Assembly (NCBI GenBank): GCA_963726745.1
Contig: CAVSDR010000006.1
Span: forward strand, 320,001 to 384,000
From: an uncultured Verrucomicrobiae bacterium
GTDB lineage: Bacteria > Verrucomicrobiota > Verrucomicrobiia > Chthoniobacterales > UBA10450
DNA length: 64,000 nucleotides
Direction of reading: 5' to 3'
The position numbers and the translations under genes are program-made. The notes under the pieces were generated by a model. That model searched no databases. It was not told where the DNA came from and saw nothing but the letters and a program-made list of their open reading frames with translations. Below, piece after piece: positions 57,958 to 64,000 of this stretch (the first letter of the stretch is position 1; each line of letters begins with the position of its first letter).

Positions 57958-59757
57958 ATGTCTAGCGTCCTTCCCTGGTATGTCCTCCTCCTGCCGCTGG
58001 TTTCCGCGGCGGTCATCGTCCTGCTGACGCGCCGCTCGGCCGGGATCAGCGCCTTTGTTTCCGTGGGCGCGGCCGTGATTGGCTTTGCCTGCAGCATTTT
58101 CATCTTCCTCAGCCCGCAGATCTCCACGGTGGAGTTTGATTGGATCCAGCTCCCGCCTCACCTGCACATCCCCCTCGGCCTCGTCCTCGACGGCCTGAGC
58201 AAGACCATGCTCGTGCTCGTGACCGGCGTGGGCGCGCTCATCCACATCTACTCGTTAGGCTACATGCAGGGCGAGCCCGGGAAGGCGCGCTTCTTCGCTT
58301 CGCTCTCGCTCTTCATGTTCGCCATGCTCGGGATCGTCCTGGCGAACAATTTCGTGATGATGTTCATCTTCTGGGAGCTGGTCGGCGTCAGCTCCTACCT
58401 GCTCATCGGCCACTGGTTCGATCGCGCGAGCGCGGCCGCCGCGGCCAACAAAGCTTTCCTGACCAATCGCATCGGCGACTTCGGCTTCATGCTCGGCATT
58501 CTCATGCTTTGGAGCGCCACCGGCACGGTCGTCTTCGGGGAATTAGCCAGCAAGATGGGCAGCCTAACGACTCATCCCGGCTTTGTCACCGCGGCCGCGC
58601 TCCTGATCTTTTGCGGCGCCGCCGGCAAGTCCGCGCAGTTCCCGCTGCACGTTTGGTTGCCCGACGCGATGGAAGGCCCGACGCCGATCTCCGCCTTGAT
58701 CCACGCGGCCACGATGGTCGCGGCCGGCGTCTACATGCTCGTGCGGGTGAGCTTCCTCATCGAGGCCTCGGCGCAGGCGCTGCAGGTGATCGCCTGGATC
58801 GGGACGATCACCGCGGTCATGGCCGCGCTCATCGCCACCCAGCAGAACGACATCAAGCGCATCCTGGCTTACTCCACCCTTTCGCAGCTGGGCTACATGG
58901 TCATGGCCGTGGGCCTGGCTTCCGGCGAGGCCGCGATGTTCCACCTTTTCACCCACGCCTTCTTCAAGGCGCTCCTCTTCCTCGGCGCCGGCTCGATCAT
59001 CATCATGCTCCATCATGAGCAGGACATTTGGAAAATGGGCGGCCTGGCCGGGAAGTTGAAGGTCACTTTTGGCACCTTCCTCATCGGCACGCTCGCGCTT
59101 ATCGGCTGCCCGCCCTTCAGCGGCTTCTTCAGTAAGGACGCGATCCTCGCGCTGGCCTACGAGAAGAACTCCGCGATCTTCGCGCTCGCGCTTTTCACCG
59201 CCTTCCTGACTGCCTTCTACATGCTCCGGCTGGTCTTGGTGGTCTTCTTCGGGAAGCCGCGGAGCGATGCGGCGCATCACGGCAAGGAATCGCCGCTGGT
59301 CATGTCCGGCGTGCTCATCTTGCTGGCTATTCCCGCGGCGCTCGCCGGCTTCGGCTTCTTCGCCCAGCAATTCCTCCCCACGCCGCAGCACGCGGAAGGA
59401 GGCAGCGAGATCGTCCCGATGCTCGCGATCGGCGCGATGCTCCTCGGCGTGGTCCTCGCCTTCGTGCTCTACCGCAATCGCGAGCGCGACCCAATCAACA
59501 TCCCGGCGTTCCGCGATCGCCTCTATTTTGATGAGCTCTACGCGATCCTAATCAAATCCACCCAAGGTCTGCTCGCGACGGTCTTCGCGTTCTTCGATCG
59601 CTGGATCCTCGACGGCGGCGCGGTCCGCGGCGCCAGCTCGGCCACTTTCGGGTTCGGCTCCCTCCTGCGCCTGCTGCAGGTGGGAAACCTCCAGGCCTAC
59701 GCCTTTTTCTTCGGGCTCGGGATTATCGGGCTGATCTACTTCGCTGTTTTCCGATGA
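57958..59757 (+). CDS. nuoL: NADH-quinone oxidoreductase subunit L
   Basis: GKSAQFPLHVWLPDAMEGPTPISALIHAATMV, HAFFKALLFL. Confidence 0.95.
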   Translation: MSSVLPWYVLLLPLVSAAVIVLLTRRSAGISAFVSVGAAVIGFACSIFIFLSPQISTVEFDWIQLPPHLHIPLGLVLDGLSKTMLVLVTGVGALIHIYSLGYMQGEPGKARFFASLSLFMFAMLGIVLANNFVMMFIFWELVGVSSYLLIGHWFDRASAAAAANKAFLTNRIGDFGFMLGILMLWSATGTVVFGELASKMGSLTTHPGFVTAAALLIFCGAAGKSAQFPLHVWLPDAMEGPTPISALIHAATMVAAGVYMLVRVSFLIEASAQALQVIAWIGTITAVMAALIATQQNDIKRILAYSTLSQLGYMVMAVGLASGEAAMFHLFTHAFFKALLFLGAGSIIIMLHHEQDIWKMGGLAGKLKVTFGTFLIGTLALIGCPPFSGFFSKDAILALAYEKNSAIFALALFTAFLTAFYMLRLVLVVFFGKPRSDAAHHGKESPLVMSGVLILLAIPAALAGFGFFAQQFLPTPQHAEGGSEIVPMLAIGAMLLGVVLAFVLYRNRERDPINIPAFRDRLYFDELYAILIKSTQGLLATVFAFFDRWILDGGAVRGASSATFGFGSLLRLLQVGNLQAYAFFFGLGIIGLIYFAVFR

Positions 59758-61235
59758 TCGTTCTTTTCCTGGTCTTCTGCCCGCTGATTGCGGCCGCGCT
59801 CATTCTTCTGGGAACGCCCGCCCGCGCGACGGCGCTCTACGCCGCGGGCTTGTCGCTCCTGGCTGCGCTCATGGCTTACGCGGGGTTCGAGCGCAGTGGC
59901 GGATTCCAATACGTCACCAGCTTTCCTTTAAGCGCAGAATGGAAGCTCAACTTCGCGCTCGGGCTCGATGGCTTGAGCCTGGTGATGGTTCTCCTGACCG
60001 CGCTGGTCACGCTCGCGGCGGTCTGGTTCACCAACAAAGTTTCGCAGCACGAGCCGGCCTTCTACGCCTGTGTCTTGTTGATCTCCGCGGGCTGCGTCGG
60101 CGCCTTCGCGTCGCTCGACCTCTTTTTCTTCTACGCCTTCCACGAGCTCGCGCTCATCCCGACCTTTTTGCTGATCGGCATCTGGGGGAGCGGCAATCGC
60201 TCCGCGGCTGCGTGGAAGATCACGATCTATCTCGCAACCGGGAGTTTCATTTTGCTGGTTGGTTTGATCATGCTCTACCGCAGCCTGCCGGAAGGGTTGC
60301 GCACTTTTGACCTGCGCCTGCTGCAGAGCCCGGCCTACGCCGCGCAGATTCCCGCGGCCGCGCAGGGTCACATCTACCTCGTTCTCCTGCTCGGGTTTGG
60401 AATCTTGATCTCGCTCTTTCCGTTCCACACCTGGGCGCCGGAAGCTTACGCCTCCGCGCCTGCCCCGGCGGCGATGCTGCACGCGGGCGTCTTGAAAAAA
60501 TTCGGCCTTTACGGCTTGCTCCGGATCGCGCTCCCGATGCTCCCGGAAGGGGCCAAACAGTGGGCCTGGCTGCTGATCTTCCTCTTGTTAGGCAACATCA
60601 TCTACGTGGGCCTGGTCACGATCGCGCAGAAGCGGCTCGATTGGATGCTGGGCTACTCGAGCGTGATGCACATGGGCTACATCTTCCTCGGGATCGCGAG
60701 CGGCAATCTCCTCGGCACGAGCGGCGCCGCGCTCCTGATGTTTGCCCACGGGCTTTCGATCGCGCTCCTCTTCGCGGTCGCGGGGCAATTGCGCGAGCGC
60801 ACCGGCAGCCTCTTCATGGATGAACTCGGCGGCCTCGCCAAGGTGATGCCGTTTAGCGCCTTCGTCTTTGGCTTGGGCGCGTTTGCTTCCATCGGGCTGC
60901 CCGGCTTTGCCAATTTCAGCGGCGAAGTGATGATCTTTTTCGGCGCCTTCGCGCGCGGGGCGGATCTCGGCGGCTTCCACCTTTACCAAGTCGCGACGGT
61001 GCTCGCACTTTGGGGCGTGGTCATCTCCGCGGTTTACATGCTGCGCGCTTACCGTGCGGTTTTCATGGGGCCGCTGCCAGAACGCTGGCTCGCGCTGACC
61101 GACATGCGCCAGGTCTTGCGCCTGCCGCTGGCCCTGCTGGTGGCGGCGCTGCTCTGGCTCGGGTTCTTCCCGCAGACTTTCGTCCGCGTGCTCACCCCGA
61201 CGTTTAAACCTCTCTTTTCCCAGCCTGCCCGATGA
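59754..61235 (+). CDS. nuoM: NADH-quinone oxidoreductase subunit M
   Basis: LDGLS, FPFHTWAP, YSSVMHMG, GLPGFANFSGE. Confidence 0.93.
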   Translation: MIVLFLVFCPLIAAALILLGTPARATALYAAGLSLLAALMAYAGFERSGGFQYVTSFPLSAEWKLNFALGLDGLSLVMVLLTALVTLAAVWFTNKVSQHEPAFYACVLLISAGCVGAFASLDLFFFYAFHELALIPTFLLIGIWGSGNRSAAAWKITIYLATGSFILLVGLIMLYRSLPEGLRTFDLRLLQSPAYAAQIPAAAQGHIYLVLLLGFGILISLFPFHTWAPEAYASAPAPAAMLHAGVLKKFGLYGLLRIALPMLPEGAKQWAWLLIFLLLGNIIYVGLVTIAQKRLDWMLGYSSVMHMGYIFLGIASGNLLGTSGAALLMFAHGLSIALLFAVAGQLRERTGSLFMDELGGLAKVMPFSAFVFGLGAFASIGLPGFANFSGEVMIFFGAFARGADLGGFHLYQVATVLALWGVVISAVYMLRAYRAVFMGPLPERWLALTDMRQVLRLPLALLVAALLWLGFFPQTFVRVLTPTFKPLFSQPAR

Positions 61236-62680
61236 TCGACGCGCCTTATCTCGAAATCGCCGTCGTGCTCCTCGGCTTCGTCGTCCTGATGGTCGAGGCC
61301 TTTGCCGAGAAGCTCGACAAGCGCACCCTCGCACTCGCTTCGATCGTGGGCCTGGCGGCGGTATTAGCCGGCACTTTCTTCCTCGCGCCCCCGGCCGCGC
61401 CGACCGCGCACGGCTTCGGGAGTTTCTACACCGCCGACGCGCTGGCGGTCTTCTTCAAGCGCTTCGCGCTCGTGGCCACCATTCTCGTGCTGGTGATGAT
61501 GATCGACTACGCGCCAAACGTGCGGCAGGCGATCCATGGCGCGACCGTGCAGGCCGGGTTGGGCGAATTCTTCGCGCTCCCGCTTTTCACCTGCGCCGGG
61601 CTCATGTGGATGGCTTCGGCGATCGACTTCGTGATGATCTTCGTCGCGCTCGAGGTGGTGACGATGTCGTTCTACGTGCTGGTCGCGTTTACCCGGCGCA
61701 ATGTCGCCTCGCTCGAGGCGGGCGTGAAATATCTCATCCTGAGCGCGCTCTCCACCGGCTTCCTGGTTTACGGCATCACCTGGATCTTTGGCGTGACCGG
61801 CGAAACCAATCTCGCGCGCATCACCGCCGTCCTGCAGACCGGCGGCTTCGATCGCATCCCGGCGCTCTTCGGCATGGCGCTGGTCCTGGTCGCGCTCGGC
61901 TTCAAAATCGCCGCGGTCCCGTTCCAAATTTGGGTGCCGGACGTTTACCAGGGCGCGCCCACGCCGGTGACCGCCTACCTCTCGGTCGCCTCCAAGGCCG
62001 CCGGCTTCGTGGTTCTGCTGCGCGTGCTCGAGCCGTTCTTTATCCTCCCGCAAATGCAGAGCCTGCTTGTGGCGGTGGCGGCCCTCACCTTGATCTACGG
62101 GAACCTCGCCGCGCTGCCGCAAAATAATCTCAAGCGCCTCCTGGCTTATTCGAGCATCGCGCACGCGGGCTACCTGCTCGTCGGCGTGGTCTCGCTCGCG
62201 GGCGCCGCCGTGAGCTACTATCTCGTCGGCTATTTGCTCATGACCATGCTGAGCTTCGCGGTCTTGATCGTGGTCGCGAATCACGCGGGCGAGCGGATTG
62301 AGGACTTCAATGGCCTGGCGAAACGTTCGCGCTTCCTCGCCTTCGCCATGCTCCTGTCGATGGCCTCGCTCGCTGGGGTGCCTTTCACCGCCGGGTTTCT
62401 CGGCAAGTTCTTCATCTTTGATGCCGCCATCCGGCAGCACCAGACGATGCTGATCGTCATCGGCGTGCTTACCGTTGCCTGCGGCTTTTACTATTACCTC
62501 AAAGTGGTGCGCGCGATGTATTGGGAAGCGCCCGCGCGGCTCGACCCGATCCCGGTGAGCGGGCTGTCGCGCGTGAGCATGATCGCGTTGATGGCGCTGA
62601 TCGTGATCCTCGGGGTTTACCCGCAGCCGATCCTCAATGCGCTCCGTCCGCGGGCGCCCGTCCTCTCGACGACTCGTTAG
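61232..62680 (+). CDS. nuoN: NADH-quinone oxidoreductase subunit N
   Basis: EAGVKY, FKIAAVPFQIWVPDVYQGAPTP, KRLLAYSSIAHAGY. Confidence 0.94.
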   Translation: MIDAPYLEIAVVLLGFVVLMVEAFAEKLDKRTLALASIVGLAAVLAGTFFLAPPAAPTAHGFGSFYTADALAVFFKRFALVATILVLVMMIDYAPNVRQAIHGATVQAGLGEFFALPLFTCAGLMWMASAIDFVMIFVALEVVTMSFYVLVAFTRRNVASLEAGVKYLILSALSTGFLVYGITWIFGVTGETNLARITAVLQTGGFDRIPALFGMALVLVALGFKIAAVPFQIWVPDVYQGAPTPVTAYLSVASKAAGFVVLLRVLEPFFILPQMQSLLVAVAALTLIYGNLAALPQNNLKRLLAYSSIAHAGYLLVGVVSLAGAAVSYYLVGYLLMTMLSFAVLIVVANHAGERIEDFNGLAKRSRFLAFAMLLSMASLAGVPFTAGFLGKFFIFDAAIRQHQTMLIVIGVLTVACGFYYYLKVVRAMYWEAPARLDPIPVSGLSRVSMIALMALIVILGVYPQPILNALRPRAPVLSTTR

Positions 62681-63291
62681 TCGCTGAGCTCGACGTTCCA
62701 GTAAGCCAGGTCGACGAAGTGCCGCCAGCTCTCGTGCTGTTGCGCGGAGAAGGTGACCTGGACAAACGGCCGCCATTTCGGACGCTTCGGCTTCCGGATG
62801 AGGTGCATGTTCACCTGGTGCGGGAGGCGATTGGCTTTCCGGGTGTTACAGGGGATGCAGGAACAGACGACATTCTCCCAGGTGGTCAGGCCGCCTTTGT
62901 CGCGCGGAAGGACGTGGTCGAGGTTCAGCTCGCTTCGGTCAAAAATCTTCCCGCAATACTGGCAGGTGTTCCGATCGCGCTCGAAGACATTGTGCCGGGT
63001 AAATTTCACTTCCTTCTTCGGCAACCGATCGAAGAGGAGCAGGACGATGACCCGCGGCACCCGGATTTTCCACGAGATGGTCGTGACCATCTCCTGCTCC
63101 GGCGCGAGCTGCGAAAGATCCAGCCAGCTGCTGAAATCGTGCGTGAGAAAGTTGTTCTCCGGATCGGAGGAAACGATCTGGGCGTGGCCCTGGTAAACCA
63201 GGGTAAAGGCGCGGCGCGCCGAGCAAATGTTCACCGCCTGCCAGAGGCGATTGAGCACCAAAACCTGAGTGTTCAGGAGTGTCGTGTTCAG
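62677..63291 (-). CDS. HNH endonuclease (McrA-like, VLVLN-type); start uncertain (CTG 63291 or TTG 63261)
   Basis: VLVLNR, RDRNTCQYCG, LDHVLPRDKGG, WENVVCSCIPCNTRK. Confidence 0.85.
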   Translation of the reverse strand: MNTTLLNTQVLVLNRLWQAVNICSARRAFTLVYQGHAQIVSSDPENNFLTHDFSSWLDLSQLAPEQEMVTTISWKIRVPRVIVLLLFDRLPKKEVKFTRHNVFERDRNTCQYCGKIFDRSELNLDHVLPRDKGGLTTWENVVCSCIPCNTRKANRLPHQVNMHLIRKPKRPKWRPFVQVTFSAQQHESWRHFVDLAYWNVELSD

Positions 63292-63303
63292 AAAGATGGG
63301 CGT

Positions 63304-63332
63304 TGGATAACATTCCCCCGTGGGAGTGTCAA
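63304..63332 (-). promoter_or_regulatory. Putative sigma70 promoter for the HNH gene
   Basis: TTGACA, 17-nt spacer ending in TGn, then TATCCA on the minus strand. Confidence 0.5.
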
Positions 63333-63347
63333 TGTCGCCCGTCCCCG

Positions 63348-64000
63348 CTACCGGCGGGTGGGTGCGACCTTTGGCTTTACGAAATTCCCCGGGACATGCT
63401 TCGCGTCGTCCGGGGCAGCGCCGGCGGAATTAGCGAAGGCCTGCTCCTCGTCAGGGAGGAATTTCTTGAAGAGGTTTTTGTCGATCGCCTTCATGAAAGC
63501 CTCATGCGGCGAAACCACGCCGCGCTGCAGCAGCGACCAAATGGCATCGTCCATGAACTGCATCCCCTGCCCTTTGCCGGCAATGATCACGTCCTGCAAT
63601 TTCTGCGTCGCGCCTTCGCGGATGATCGCGGAGACGGCCGCGTTTGCGACCAGGATTTCGTTGACTGCAACGCGGCCGCCGCCGGCTTCGGGCGTCTTCT
63701 TCAGGAGCAACTGCGCAAGCACGCCGCGCAGCGAATTCGCGAGCATGGTGCGCGCTTGCGCCTGCTTGTTCGCCGGGAAGACGTCCACCATGCGATCGAC
63801 GGTTTTGCGCGCGTTGTTCGTGTGCAGCGTGCCGAAAACGAGCAGTCCGGTCTCGGCCGCGGTTAGCGCGAGCGAGATCGTCTCCAGGTCGCGCATTTCC
63901 CCCACGAGCACGATGTCTGCGTCCTCGCGCAGCGCCGCCTTCAGACCCGACGGAAACGTGCTCGCATTCACCGGCACCTCGCGCTGGGTGATGATGCTTT
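63348..64000 (-). CDS. pilT: Type IV pilus retraction ATPase PilT/PilU family (5' part outside window)
   Basis: ALREDADIVLVGEMRDLETI, AETGLLVFGTLHT, IIREG, GMQFMD. Confidence 0.9.
   Translation of the reverse strand, partial: SIITQREVPVNASTFPSGLKAALREDADIVLVGEMRDLETISLALTAAETGLLVFGTLHTNNARKTVDRMVDVFPANKQAQARTMLANSLRGVLAQLLLKKTPEAGGGRVAVNEILVANAAVSAIIREGATQKLQDVIIAGKGQGMQFMDDAIWSLLQRGVVSPHEAFMKAIDKNLFKKFLPDEEQAFANSAGAAPDDAKHVPGNFVKPKVAPTRR

Larger units (their letters stand above)
2387..62680. repeat. Dispersed short motif CTAACGA/TCGTTAG (extended consensus G-V-CTAACGA-V), 38 exact core copies
   Basis: Hand-located starts. CTAACGA on +: 5308, 9871, 10286, 12547, 13961, 22079, 28447, 28972, 30768, 32379, 32910, 35325, 36684, 43263, 44326, 45257, 46107, 48234, 50989, 55150, 58564. 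TCGTTAG on +: 2387, 3048, 10905, 12603, 15117, 15757, 18832, 25249, 26641, 34200, 41452, 44221, 45828, 47540, 55856, 58252, 62674. Confidence 0.85.

Noticed and set aside
2387..62680. CTAACGA copies as CRISPR repeats, REP elements or a codon artefact
   Set aside because: Too short, irregularly spaced, non-palindromic, mostly intragenic, and read in several different frames on both strands.
62677..63291. HNH gene as part of a defence or mobile system
   Set aside because: Solitary conserved-type HNH with host-like codon usage; no methylase, Cas, RT or repeat array adjacent.

Overview
GC-rich chromosomal window, most likely from a Verrucomicrobiota (Chthoniobacterales/Spartobacteria-like) bacterium, inferred from gene content (Amuc_1098-1102 pilus cluster, mcsA-mcsB-clpC, nuo layout). 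It is mostly housekeeping: an Akkermansia-type type IV pilus-like cluster and a partial pilT, trpS, thrA, mlaEFD, xerC, mcsA-mcsB-clpC, ilvE, pxpBCA, a sugar ABC system with a fused binding protein-permease, recO, nadE, two sensor kinases, ispD, fabD and nuoD-N. About a dozen frameshifts in core genes look like long-read indel errors. Two signals stand out. (1) A non-palindromic motif, core CTAACGA and commonest form GCCTAACGAG, occurs 38 times by hand count, in both orientations, in several reading frames and over stop codons. It behaves like a DNA-uptake-sequence-type signal. (2) A GxxExxY nuclease-like gene bracketed by a 28-bp inverted repeat sits between nuoF and nuoG. No rRNA, tRNA or CRISPR array was seen.
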